Shown here: positions 38,305 through 47,250 of the stretch, one piece after another
How positions within the stretch are numbered: position 1 is the stretch's first letter
Layout of the letters: every line of letters begins with the position of its first letter
NCBI GenBank assembly: GCA_937129365.1
Contig: CAKZNB010000030.1
Span: 9,429 to 73,428 of the forward strand
Direction: 5' to 3'
DNA: 64,000 nt
Source of the DNA: an uncultured Flavobacteriales bacterium
Lineage (GTDB): Bacteria > Bacteroidota > Bacteroidia > Flavobacteriales_D > CAJJDF01
Translations under genes and position numbers: made by a program
The notes under the pieces: model-generated
Told to the model about the DNA's origin: nothing
The model's input: the letters and a program-made list of their open reading frames with translations, nothing else
Database searches by the model: none

Positions 38305-38873
38305 TGGGCAAGGAGTTTTTCGATTACCATAGGAAAATGTTCGTGTTCAAGTTGCTGAATTTTAACTTGTAAATCTTTCCAAGTATCGGTTGGTTTTACT
38401 TCGCATTCAAACTGCTCTATGATGTTTCCCTCGTCATAATGTTCATTTACATAATGAAAAGTAATACCCGATTTGGTTTCTTCAGCTTCAATCACAGCTT
38501 TGTGGACATGCTTTCCATACATACCTTTTCCGCCAAATTTAGGCAGGAGAGAAGGGTGAACATTCACAATCTCATTTTCAAATCTAGAAGTAAATTCTCC
38601 AGGGATTTTTAAAAGAAAACCAGCGAGTATAATTAAATCAACATTCAATAAATCAACCAATTCAGTTACATTTCCTTCTTCCAATTCTTTTTTCGAGAAA
38701 GCTATAGTATTTACTCCCGCTTTTTGAGCATTTATAACTCCCAAGCAGTCTTTTTTGTTAGAAAAAACAGCTTCGACATTAATGTCAGGATTAGACTCAA
38801 AATGAGAAATTAAATTACTCATATTACTCCCATTTCCTGAGACAAAAATCACTATGTTTTTAGGGTTTTTCAT
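38301..38873 (-). CDS. purN: phosphoribosylglycinamide formyltransferase
   Basis: IVIFVSGNGSNMSNL, LAGFLLKIP, NVHPSLLPKFGGKGMYG. Start set at MKNPKNIV (ATG 38873) rather than the track's 38954. 4-nt overlap with rnhA. Confidence 0.88.
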   Translation of the reverse strand: MKNPKNIVIFVSGNGSNMSNLISHFESNPDINVEAVFSNKKDCLGVINAQKAGVNTIAFSKKELEEGNVTELVDLLNVDLIILAGFLLKIPGEFTSRFENEIVNVHPSLLPKFGGKGMYGKHVHKAVIEAEETKSGITFHYVNEHYDEGNIIEQFECEVKPTDTWKDLQVKIQQLEHEHFPMVIEKLLAQ

Positions 38874-38989
38874 TGAATTGATGTTCTGAAAAATCATTTT
38901 CAGATTAAGTCTGATTTTCTTAACTTTACGGCTCAAAGATAACAGATTAATCACATTCTGCCTAAGGTCAGATTACAAATAACACAAAG

Positions 38990-39754
38990 ATGTCAGGACA
39001 TAGTAAATGGTCATCCATTAAGCACAAAAAAGGAGCGAAAGATGCAAAGAGAGGAAAAATTTTCACTCGAATAATCAAGGAAATTACTATTGCAGCCAGA
39101 GACGGAGGAAGTCCAGATCCCGATATGAACCCTGCTTTGAGAGTAGCTATTCAGAACGCGAAAGGGGCAAATATGCCTAAAGACACCATGGAGCGTGCCA
39201 TAAAAAAAGGTTCTGGTGATGATGCGGCAAACTTAGTTGAGTATACTTTTGAAGGATACGCATCCAATGGAATAGCAGTATTTGTAGAAGCAACTTCGGA
39301 CAATAATAACAGAGTGGTAGCAAACGTAAGAGCAGTTTTTAGCAAATATGGTGGTGAATTGGGAACTCATGGTTCACTTTCGTTTATGTTTGATAGAAAG
39401 GGTGTGTTTACAATTGATAGAGAATTACTGAAAGAGTGGGAATTGGAAGATTTAGAATTTGAATTGATTGATGCTGGATTAGAAGAAATCGATGTTCAGG
39501 AAGAAGATGTATTTATCTATACTTCGTTTGATAGCTATGGCGAAATGCAAAGTAAGTTGGACGAAATGAAAATTGAAGTAAAGAGTCAAGAACTCCAAAG
39601 AATCCCTACAACTACAATGGCTTTGGATGTAGATAAAGCAAAATCTGTACTAAAATTGATTGACAAAATGGAAGAGGACGATGATGTGAATGTGGTGTAC
39701 CACACTCTTGAAATGACTGATGAATTGGCTGCAGCTTTGGAGGAAGAGGATTAA
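38990..39754 (+). CDS. yebC: YebC/PmpR family DNA-binding transcriptional regulator
   Basis: MSGHSKWSSIKHKKGAKDAKRGKIFTRIIKEITIAAR is the family-defining N-terminus. Confidence 0.92.
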   Translation: MSGHSKWSSIKHKKGAKDAKRGKIFTRIIKEITIAARDGGSPDPDMNPALRVAIQNAKGANMPKDTMERAIKKGSGDDAANLVEYTFEGYASNGIAVFVEATSDNNNRVVANVRAVFSKYGGELGTHGSLSFMFDRKGVFTIDRELLKEWELEDLEFELIDAGLEEIDVQEEDVFIYTSFDSYGEMQSKLDEMKIEVKSQELQRIPTTTMALDVDKAKSVLKLIDKMEEDDDVNVVYHTLEMTDELAAALEEED

Positions 39755-39869
39755 ATTGTTATTGCGGTCTCTTTTCTTTGCTGGACCTCGACTACGCTCA
39801 GTCTGACTGGATGAATAAGATTTAGGTTTTATTTAATCTGAATATCCAAGTATCTGACAATTCGAATAT

Positions 39870-41054
39870 CTATTCCACCCCATCAAAAACCCCACAAATA
39901 ACCTCACAAACCCTCTCAATTTCTTCAAACGAAATAGTAAGCGGTGGAGCTAACCGAAAACTAGCAGGACAAGACAAGAACCAAAAAGCGATAATCCCTT
40001 TTTCCATGCAACCTTCCACTACTTGTTGAGTAATTTCTTCATCTTCAAGATCAATGGCGAGCATCAATCCTATTTGTCTGATTTCTTTCACCAAGGAATG
40101 AGAAAGTAATTGCTTCATCAAAACTCCTTTTTTGTGAACGTCTGCAACTAAATTTTCTTCTTGAATTACATTAATATTAGCAACAGCTGCAGCACAATTT
40201 ACTGGATGTCCACCAAAGGTTGTAATGTGACCCAGCATTGGATTATTAGTCAGGCAATCCATATTTTTTTTGCTCGAAACAAAAGCACCAATTGGCATCC
40301 CGCCACCAAGAGCTTTGGCAATTACCAAAATGTCTGGGGTAATTTCGAACTGTTCAAAAGCAAAAAAGCTTCCCGTTCTTCCAAATCCAGTTTGTATCTC
40401 ATCCAAGATTAATAAAGTACCAGTTTCGGTACATTTTGTTCGTAGAGTTTTCATGTATTCTTTGGCAGGAATTCGAACTCCTGCGTCACCTTGTACAGTT
40501 TCTATAATTACACAAGCAGTTTTCTCTGTGATTTTTTCTAGGTCTGAAGTAGAGTTGAATTCAATAAAATTTACGTCTGGTAAAAGTGGTTTGAAAGCCG
40601 ATTGTTTCACAGGATTTCCCGAGACGCTCAAAGCTCCGTGTGTACTCCCGTGATATGATTTGTGACAAGCAATTATTTCTTCTCTTCCAGAATATCTTTT
40701 AGCTAATTTTAGAGCACCTTCCACAGCTTCTGCTCCTGAGTTTACAAAGTAACTTGTGGTAAGATTCTCTGGCAGAATTTCATTCAGTTTTTCGGCTAAT
40801 TTAAGTTGAGGAGTTTGGATAAACTCTCCATAGGGCATTACATGAAGATGGGTATCGAGTTGATTTTTAATAGCCTTAATTACTTTTGGATGTCTATGGC
40901 CAATATTGGTTACAGCTAATCCAGAAACCATATCGTAATACGCTTTTCCCGATTTATCGTAGATAAATAATCCTTCGGCACGAGCAATTTCTAACCCGAT
41001 TGGGAAAGGAGTTGTTTGGGCTTGTAGGGTATGAAATATCTCTTTGTCATCCAT
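39870..41054 (-). CDS. class-III PLP-dependent aminotransferase (acetylornithine/aspartate aminotransferase family)
   Basis: 394 aa. LILDEIQTGFGRTGSFFAFE and VIAKALGGGMPIGAF (PLP-Lys) motifs. Confidence 0.85.
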   Translation of the reverse strand: MDDKEIFHTLQAQTTPFPIGLEIARAEGLFIYDKSGKAYYDMVSGLAVTNIGHRHPKVIKAIKNQLDTHLHVMPYGEFIQTPQLKLAEKLNEILPENLTTSYFVNSGAEAVEGALKLAKRYSGREEIIACHKSYHGSTHGALSVSGNPVKQSAFKPLLPDVNFIEFNSTSDLEKITEKTACVIIETVQGDAGVRIPAKEYMKTLRTKCTETGTLLILDEIQTGFGRTGSFFAFEQFEITPDILVIAKALGGGMPIGAFVSSKKNMDCLTNNPMLGHITTFGGHPVNCAAAVANINVIQEENLVADVHKKGVLMKQLLSHSLVKEIRQIGLMLAIDLEDEEITQQVVEGCMEKGIIAFWFLSCPASFRLAPPLTISFEEIERVCEVICGVFDGVE

Positions 41055-41085
41055 ACTTTAAAAGTACTACATTTTCAGTTTTTTC

Positions 41086-41122
41086 CATAAAAAATCCCTT
41101 TTGATATTTTGTAATCAAAAGG
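41086..41122 (-). terminator. rho-independent terminator after the ECF-sigma operon
   Basis: Stem cccttttgat (41095-41104) / atcaaaaggg (41113-41122). On the minus strand it is followed by attttttat. Confidence 0.7.
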
Positions 41123-41148
41123 GAGTAATTTTAAATATATAATTATGC

Positions 41149-41601
41149 TTATTTCTTTTTTCTGGCTTTACCTTTTCTTTTCGTTTTTGTTCTGGTAAAC
41201 AATCTTTTTTCGATGTGATAAAATTTAGCCAGTTTTTTCATCGGGAGTACTTTTTTAAACTTCTCGTGGTACATTTTTTGTATGTCTAAATCACCTTGTT
41301 TAAAAGCAAACCTCTTTTGGATTATTTCATCTAATTCAGCATCAGAAAGTTCATCCATTTTTTTCTTCCCTTTTCTTTCGGAAGCAAAATATTTCTTTCT
41401 GTTAGCTTTTTTGGCTTTAACAAATTCATGGTAAAGCGGTAAAAAAGCCTTTTGTTCAGCTTCAGTTAATTCAAGTTTTTCTATTAATAAACTATCTGCT
41501 TTAGCAAGTCGATGATTCATATCACCTCCTTTTTTTTGAGCCATTCCCAATACTCCTGCTAGAGTAAAAAGAGTTAATAAGGCTATTTTAATTGTTTTCA
41601 T
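41149..41601 (-). CDS. periplasmic helical lysine-rich protein (Spy/CpxP-like, ECF-operon associated)
   Basis: 150 aa with signal peptide, LTEAEQKAFLPLYHEF motif, highly basic C-terminal tail. Third gene of the sigma / anti-sigma cluster. Confidence 0.5.
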   Translation of the reverse strand: MKTIKIALLTLFTLAGVLGMAQKKGGDMNHRLAKADSLLIEKLELTEAEQKAFLPLYHEFVKAKKANRKKYFASERKGKKKMDELSDAELDEIIQKRFAFKQGDLDIQKMYHEKFKKVLPMKKLAKFYHIEKRLFTRTKTKRKGKARKKK

Positions 41602-41639
41602 TTGTTTAAATTTTATTGATTAATACTTAATTTTCTTTT

Positions 41640-42017
41640 TTAGTTCATTGCCATTTCGTCAAATTCCAATGATTCATCTAGTTCTAGGTCAACCCCAGAA
41701 ATATCTTCGAAGTATTCGTTTACTGTAAGTTGTCCAAACTCTTCAATGGATGATTGATCATTTCCTCCAAAGAAAAATATTGAAGCAATTCCAGCTATAA
41801 CGGCTACTGAAGCTGCGTATCCAAACACTTTATAAAATGAAATGACTTTTTTTGGTTTGGCTGTTTCACTTACTTTACTCATAATTGAGTTTTGTAGCAA
41901 ATCAAAATAACCTGTAGGAGTTTTAAATCCATTCTGCCCTTTCAGTTTATCCAAAGCTGGAAATTCGTTTTCTATGTGTTCGTTATTTGTTTTCATGTTG
42001 TTCTGGTTCTTTGACAA
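41640..42017 (-). CDS. single-pass membrane protein, putative anti-sigma factor
   Basis: 125 aa, one TM segment (VFGYAASVAVIAGIASIFFFG). Called by its position immediately downstream of the ECF sigma gene. No diagnostic motif. Confidence 0.4.
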   Translation of the reverse strand: MSKNQNNMKTNNEHIENEFPALDKLKGQNGFKTPTGYFDLLQNSIMSKVSETAKPKKVISFYKVFGYAASVAVIAGIASIFFFGGNDQSSIEEFGQLTVNEYFEDISGVDLELDESLEFDEMAMN

Positions 42018-42034
42018 TAGTTTTTTTAAAAGGT

Positions 42035-42574
42035 TTAATCGGTATTGGTTAAATATGCTTCAATTTTTTTCTGAGCATGGTGGTAAGAGGCTTTTAATGA
42101 ACCTACTGTGCCGCCCAAAACTTCTACAATTTCAGTGTATTTTAATTCTTGAAAGTATTTCATATTAAAAACTAATCGTTGTTTTTCTGGCAAGGTTCCA
42201 ATGGCTTTGTAGAGTTTAGCTTCTATTTCATCTCCAGAGAAAAACGGATCATCTTTTCTGTTTTCAATTTGAATGTCTTCTATTGATTGGGCAATACGCC
42301 TTTTGTTTGTTTGAATAAAATTTAAAGTTTCGTTAGTTGCAATGCGGTACATCCAAGTAAATAAATTTGATTCCTTTTTAAATTTCGGAAGCCCTTTCCA
42401 CACTTTAATAAAAGTATTTTGTGTCACATCATTCGCATCCTCATGGTTAATTACCATTTTACGAATATGCCAATACATCCGTTCTTGGTATTTATTTACC
42501 AAGTGACCAAAAGCAAGTTGCTCTTTTCCTTTGGTAAAAAATAAGGTTAGTATGTCTTGGTCTTCCAATTGCAT
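42035..42574 (-). CDS. ECF (sigma-70 family, group 4) RNA polymerase sigma factor
   Basis: Region 2: DANDVTQNTFIKVWKGLPKF...FTWMYRIATNETLNF. Region 4: LPEKQRLVFNMKYFQELKYTEIVEVLGGTVGSLKASYHHAQKKI. I favour the ATG at 42574 (MQLEDQDIL) over the track's TTG at 42598. Confidence 0.85.
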   Translation of the reverse strand: MQLEDQDILTLFFTKGKEQLAFGHLVNKYQERMYWHIRKMVINHEDANDVTQNTFIKVWKGLPKFKKESNLFTWMYRIATNETLNFIQTNKRRIAQSIEDIQIENRKDDPFFSGDEIEAKLYKAIGTLPEKQRLVFNMKYFQELKYTEIVEVLGGTVGSLKASYHHAQKKIEAYLTNTD

Positions 42575-42704
42575 TAATTCTTTTTTTTTCGAGAACAATT
42601 CTTAGACCAAAGAAAAGGGAAAAGGTTTAATTGGGTTATAAATTATCTAATTATATATAATAAACCATATTTCATATCGTTATAGAGAAAACTAAACCCA
42701 ATAT

Positions 42705-42911
42705 ATGGATAAAAAAATTACTCTTAATGACTTATCGGAATTTTATAAAAATGAAAGAAAAATGTCTCAATTCTTAATTGATATGCAAGATTCAAGTTCA
42801 TATTTTAACTCGGTAAGTGACTTCACAATTTCAAATATCATGGCTTATTCAAAAGCTTTAAGTGTTCGAAATTCTAATTATTTAGGAAAACTAGATTTTA
42901 TTTTAAACTAA
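42705..42911 (+). CDS. small hypothetical protein (68 aa)
   Basis: ORF followed by a strong terminator 25 nt downstream. No recognised motif. Confidence 0.4.
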   Translation: MDKKITLNDLSEFYKNERKMSQFLIDMQDSSSYFNSVSDFTISNIMAYSKALSVRNSNYLGKLDFILN

Positions 42912-42935
42912 ATTTTCCTTTGCCCTAACTAAATT

Positions 42936-42969
42936 GAGCGTATCTATTTTTTAGATACGCTCTTTTTTT
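42936..42969 (+). terminator. rho-independent terminator
   Basis: Perfect 11-bp stem gagcgtatcta / tagatacgctc, T5 loop, then T7. Confidence 0.8.
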
Positions 42970-42985
42970 GTTAACCTTGTAACTA

Positions 42986-44224
42986 ATGAGCATTTTATAT
43001 TCCATATCAATTCGATTTTATGCGGTTGCAATTCGCTTGGCTTCACTTTGGAATCCCAAAGCAAAGCAATGGATAAATGGAAGGAAAAACTGGCAAGAGA
43101 ATTTAAAAAATGCACTTTCAGAAAAGAAAAATATCCATTGGTTTCATTGTGCATCTTTGGGAGAGTTTGAACAGGCAAGACCATTAATTGAAAAGATTAA
43201 AAGCGAAAAACCTGATACACCAATTTTGGTTTCTTTTTTCTCCCCATCGGGTTACGAACAAAGAAAAAATTATGAATTGGCTGATTATGTTTGTTATTTG
43301 CCTTTGGATACAAAATTCAATGCAAAAACATTTATTTCATCCATCAATATCTCAAAAGTTTACTTTGTAAAGTACGAAGTTTGGCCCAATTTCTTTAGAG
43401 AGTTGAAAACCCAGAATATTCCTTTTTATTTAATTTCTGCAACCTTTCGTGAAGGGCAAATCTATTTTAAATCTACAGGAAGATGGTTTAAAAAATTGTT
43501 GGAGTTACCGACACAAATTTTTGTGCAAGATAAAGCTTCAATGGAAGTATTAAAAAAGCATAATATCGATAGTTTTTTGGCTGGAGATACCCGTTACGAT
43601 AGAGTTTTTATGGCTGCTAAAAAAGCAACTACAAATAAAATAATTGAGGATTTTTGCAGGGGTAAATTTACGCTTATAGTAGGTAGTAGTTGGGAGAAAG
43701 AAGAAGAAATTGTTTTACAAGCATTTTATAACTCGGATGAATTTTTCAAGGTAGTTTTTGCCCCTCATGACATTAGCGAAAGTCATATAAAAGGGATTCT
43801 TAGTAAAATAAAACAAGACACAAAATACATACGATATTCAGAGGTAAAAGAGGGTGTAAATTTACAGGATTTTGATATGTTGATTTTAGATAATATAGGA
43901 CTGTTATCAAATGCTTATCAGTATGGTTCTGTAGCATTTATAGGTGGAGGATTTACTAATGCTCTGCACAATATTTTGGAGCCTGCAACTTTTGGTTTGC
44001 CTGTTTTTTATGGAAGCAACCACAAAAAATTTCCTGAAGCAAAAGACATGCACATGAATGGAGGTAGTTTTGAAGTTCATGATTACCTTGATTTTGAAAT
44101 GAAACTGGAGTTGATAATGGAAAGTGAGGAAGTATTAGCTCATAAAACCAAGAAAAACAAAGAATTTATACAATCAAGAATTGGTGCAACTGGAATAATT
44201 TATTTAAAAACTATTGATTCCTAA
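42986..44224 (+). CDS. waaA: 3-deoxy-D-manno-octulosonic acid (Kdo) transferase
   Basis: 412 aa. IHWFHCASLGEFEQARPLIEKIK and the C-terminal GGSF...HNILEPA pattern of KdtA/WaaA. Confidence 0.88.
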   Translation: MSILYSISIRFYAVAIRLASLWNPKAKQWINGRKNWQENLKNALSEKKNIHWFHCASLGEFEQARPLIEKIKSEKPDTPILVSFFSPSGYEQRKNYELADYVCYLPLDTKFNAKTFISSINISKVYFVKYEVWPNFFRELKTQNIPFYLISATFREGQIYFKSTGRWFKKLLELPTQIFVQDKASMEVLKKHNIDSFLAGDTRYDRVFMAAKKATTNKIIEDFCRGKFTLIVGSSWEKEEEIVLQAFYNSDEFFKVVFAPHDISESHIKGILSKIKQDTKYIRYSEVKEGVNLQDFDMLILDNIGLLSNAYQYGSVAFIGGGFTNALHNILEPATFGLPVFYGSNHKKFPEAKDMHMNGGSFEVHDYLDFEMKLELIMESEEVLAHKTKKNKEFIQSRIGATGIIYLKTIDS

Positions 44225-44306
44225 ACCGTATAAAAATTAGAATTATTCTTTTTCATTGTCGGTTAAACTTTCTTACATTCACACTTCAAAAATTATAGTT
44301 TAATAC

Positions 44307-46622
44307 ATGAAGAATTTTTTAATAATTCTATCGGCACTATGTTTATCGTTAAGTGCTTATTCTCAGACAGGTACCGTAAAAGGATTTGTATATGATAAAG
44401 AAACTGGCGAGCCGGTTATTTTTACCACTGTGCAACTAAAAGGGACTTCAATTGGAATTTCTACTGATGTAAATGGATATTATAGCATTACTCAAATCCC
44501 ACCAGGAAGCTATGTTTTGATGGTTTCTAATGTAAGTTATGCTAATTACGAAGATTCTGTTGTGGTTAGAGCAAATAAAGTTTTAACTAGAAATATTTAC
44601 CTAAAAGAAAGTTCTACTGAGCTAAAAACTTTTAATGTAGATGGTGAAGCCCAAGAGGCAAAAACCGAGGTAAAAATGTCTATAATTAAAGCCACTGGTG
44701 ATGATATTAAACAAATCCCTGCAATTGGGGGTGATGCAGATATTGCTACCTATTTTCAAACAGTACCAGGAGTTGTAACTACGGGTGATCAAGGGGGACA
44801 GATGTATGTGAGAGGAGGTTCTCCTATCCAAAATAAAGTATTATTAGATGGAATGGTTATTTATAATCCTTTTCACTCAATAGGATTTTTCTCGGTATTC
44901 GAAACTGAGATAATCCGTAATGCAGACATCTACACAGGAGGATTTAACGCAGAACATGGAGGAAGAATTTCATCAATAATGGATATTACAACTAGAGATG
45001 GTAATCCAAATGGACTGAAAGGTAGATTGTCTGTTTCTCCTTTTATGGCAAGTGCATTGATTGAAGGGCCACTAATGAAACCAAAAGAAGAAGGGGATGG
45101 AAGCATCTCATTTATCCTTACAGGTAAGCACTCGTATTTAGATGAAACTTCAAAAGTATTGTACTCATACATAGATACAACTGGAGAAGGTTTGCCTTTT
45201 GGATTTACTGATTTGTATGGAAAAATTACTTTCAAAGGAAAAAATGGAAGTAAATTAAACTTATTCGGTTTTAACTTTAGAGACAATGTAAACTACCAAG
45301 CTATTTCTGATTTAAGTTGGTCGTCTTGGGGTGCTGGATCAAATTTTCTATTAGTTCCAGGTACTTCAAAAGTATTGATTGAAGGGAAATTTTCGGTTTC
45401 GGATTATGGAATTCAATTAATTGAAGAAAATGGACAAGAGAGAAGAAGTGGAGTGAACAGCTTTAATTTTGGATTTGATTTTAAATATTTTATCAAAGAA
45501 AATGAATTGAAGTACGGAGTTGAAGTTTCTGGATTTGGAACAGATTTTAGTTATGTAAACTCTACAAATAGAACTATTGAACAGAATGAAAATACCACTG
45601 AGTTAGGCTCTTATGTGTCTTATAGAATCGTAAAACCTTTATTGGTAATTGAGCCAAGTTTCAGGATGCAATATTATGCAACTTTACGAACATTTTCTCC
45701 AGAACCAAGGTTGGGATTAAAGTATAATTTGAATGAGAATATCAGAATAAAATTAGCTGCTGGGATGTATTCTCAAAATCTAATTAGTGCAAACTCGGAT
45801 AGGGATGTGGTAAATTTATTTTACGGATTTTTATCTGGACCAGACAATTTGCAAGAAAAGTACACCGATGAAGATGGAAATACTAGAGATGTAACTCATT
45901 CGCTTCAAAAAGCAAACCATCTTATTTTGGGTACAGAAGTAGATTTATCCAGAAATTTGAGTTTGAATGTTGAGGGATACTACAAACGATTTACGCAGCT
46001 TACTAACATCAATAGGAATAAAATTTTTGATGAAAATGATAATGTAGATGCTCCTGAGATTTTAACAAAAGATTTTGTGGTGGAAACTGGAGATGCTTTT
46101 GGGGTTGATTTTGTTGCAAAGTATACAAACAAAAAGTTTTATATCTGGGGAGTTTATTCTCTTGGTAAAGTTACTAGGTGGGATGGAGTAAGAACATACT
46201 CACCAGTTTTTGACAGAAGACATTCGGTAAACCTTATTGCTACTTATAAGTTTGGTAAAAATAAAGATTGGCAAGTAAATGCTCGTTGGAATTTTGGATC
46301 AGGACTGCCATTTACCCAAACTCAAGGGTACTACCAAAAAATTGATTTTAATGACGGTACAGGAACAGATATTACCCAAGCAAATGCAGATGAGTTAACA
46401 GCTGTTTACGCTAATTTAAATGAGGGTAGATTGCCTACTTATCACAGGTTTGATATTAATTTAAAGAAAGTTATTGAGTTTAAAACCTCAATGCTCGAAC
46501 TTAATTTTGGTATTACCAATGTATACAACAGAGAAAATATTTTTTATGTAGATAGATTGACTGCAGAGAAAGTATACCAACTTCCTATACTGCCAAGTTT
46601 GGGAGTGGCTTGGAGTTTTTAA
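44307..46622 (+). CDS. TonB-dependent receptor with carboxypeptidase-regulatory-like N-terminal domain
   Basis: Signal peptide, GTVKGFVYDKETGEPVIFTTVQLKG...DVNGYYSI (CarboxypepD_reg-like), plug region, beta-barrel ending GVAWSF. Confidence 0.8.
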   Translation: MKNFLIILSALCLSLSAYSQTGTVKGFVYDKETGEPVIFTTVQLKGTSIGISTDVNGYYSITQIPPGSYVLMVSNVSYANYEDSVVVRANKVLTRNIYLKESSTELKTFNVDGEAQEAKTEVKMSIIKATGDDIKQIPAIGGDADIATYFQTVPGVVTTGDQGGQMYVRGGSPIQNKVLLDGMVIYNPFHSIGFFSVFETEIIRNADIYTGGFNAEHGGRISSIMDITTRDGNPNGLKGRLSVSPFMASALIEGPLMKPKEEGDGSISFILTGKHSYLDETSKVLYSYIDTTGEGLPFGFTDLYGKITFKGKNGSKLNLFGFNFRDNVNYQAISDLSWSSWGAGSNFLLVPGTSKVLIEGKFSVSDYGIQLIEENGQERRSGVNSFNFGFDFKYFIKENELKYGVEVSGFGTDFSYVNSTNRTIEQNENTTELGSYVSYRIVKPLLVIEPSFRMQYYATLRTFSPEPRLGLKYNLNENIRIKLAAGMYSQNLISANSDRDVVNLFYGFLSGPDNLQEKYTDEDGNTRDVTHSLQKANHLILGTEVDLSRNLSLNVEGYYKRFTQLTNINRNKIFDENDNVDAPEILTKDFVVETGDAFGVDFVAKYTNKKFYIWGVYSLGKVTRWDGVRTYSPVFDRRHSVNLIATYKFGKNKDWQVNARWNFGSGLPFTQTQGYYQKIDFNDGTGTDITQANADELTAVYANLNEGRLPTYHRFDINLKKVIEFKTSMLELNFGITNVYNRENIFYVDRLTAEKVYQLPILPSLGVAWSF

Positions 46623-47080
46623 CCCTCCAAATTCTTAAAAATCTCTCCAAAATCCTCCCAAAAATCATGGGCAGAAACAATGTTTCTCTCAAGAAAAGGA
46701 AAAATTGTTGCCCAATCATTTTTATTAAAAACGGATACACCCTCAAGCTCAGTGTAAATTCTGGAATTTATTCCATAAGGTGTTTCGTACTGTTGTTCCC
46801 AAGTTAATTCATCTTCAAAACTATCAGTAATCACTGCCTTTAGCTCAGTAAATTGCTCATAGAATAATTCTCTTAACCCATCATCTTTGTGTTGTAAATC
46901 AAAAGAGAAAAAAGCCTTTTTCTTGTCCACTTCCAGTCTAAAGTAGATGTCTTTTACTTTGGTATTATAATTTACCCACCTGACTTTAGCTTGATATACC
47001 TTGTTGTATTTTTTCATGTACACACCAAATGTGGTCCAGAATTCCTTTCTTAATGATTTGGCTTCGTCTTTGGAGTACAT
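46619..47080 (-). CDS. DUF4268-like cytoplasmic protein
   Basis: 153 aa. EFWTTFGVYMKKYNKVY...YFRLEVDKKKAFFSFDL pattern recalled from DUF4268. Convergent 4-nt overlap with the receptor gene. Confidence 0.45.
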   Translation of the reverse strand: MYSKDEAKSLRKEFWTTFGVYMKKYNKVYQAKVRWVNYNTKVKDIYFRLEVDKKKAFFSFDLQHKDDGLRELFYEQFTELKAVITDSFEDELTWEQQYETPYGINSRIYTELEGVSVFNKNDWATIFPFLERNIVSAHDFWEDFGEIFKNLEG

Positions 47081-47128
47081 ACATTAGATTTTTTGTAAAG
47101 AAAAGGATTTTTATTAAAACATAAAATT

Positions 47129-47161
47129 ACCGTTTACTCAATCGAATATTCCATTTACTCA
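47129..47161 (+). promoter_or_regulatory. direct repeat ccgTTTACTCAA / ccaTTTACTCAA with 21-nt period, candidate LytTR-regulator binding site
   Basis: The 9-mer tttactcaa occurs at 47132-47140 and 47153-47161 (12-nt spacer). It is 90-120 nt upstream of the LytTR response regulator ATG (47251), in the divergent intergenic region. Confidence 0.45.
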
Positions 47162-47250
47162 AAACAAAACCCATTCTACCAAAACTGGTTAACAAATTGA
47201 TAACAAATGCGTACATTATAATAGATTAACTCATTAAAAAACAATACGCT

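Noticed and set aside
37818-38372. Plus-strand ORFs 37818..38033, 38024..38215 and 38181..38372.
   Set aside because: They are antisense to rnhA/purN and have no motifs.
38874-38954. 27-codon N-terminal extension of purN in the ORF track.
   Set aside because: The extension has no PurN homology. The conserved GNGSN loop follows directly after the ATG at 38873, giving the usual ~190-aa length.
39763-39810. Intergenic sequence ttgcggtctcttttctttgctggacctcgactacgctcagtctgactgg, which resembles other recurrent Bacteroidota intergenic motifs.
   Set aside because: I could not find a stable hairpin (stems of at most 5 bp) or a second copy in the window, so support is insufficient to annotate it.
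40161-40653. Plus-strand ORFs 40161..40412 and 40270..40653 (127 aa).
   Set aside because: They are antisense to the class-III aminotransferase, whose PLP-binding motifs are intact.
44225-44306. Possible riboswitch (e.g. cobalamin) upstream of the TonB-dependent receptor.
   Set aside because: The leader is only 82 nt and AT-rich, with no conserved riboswitch core sequence visible.
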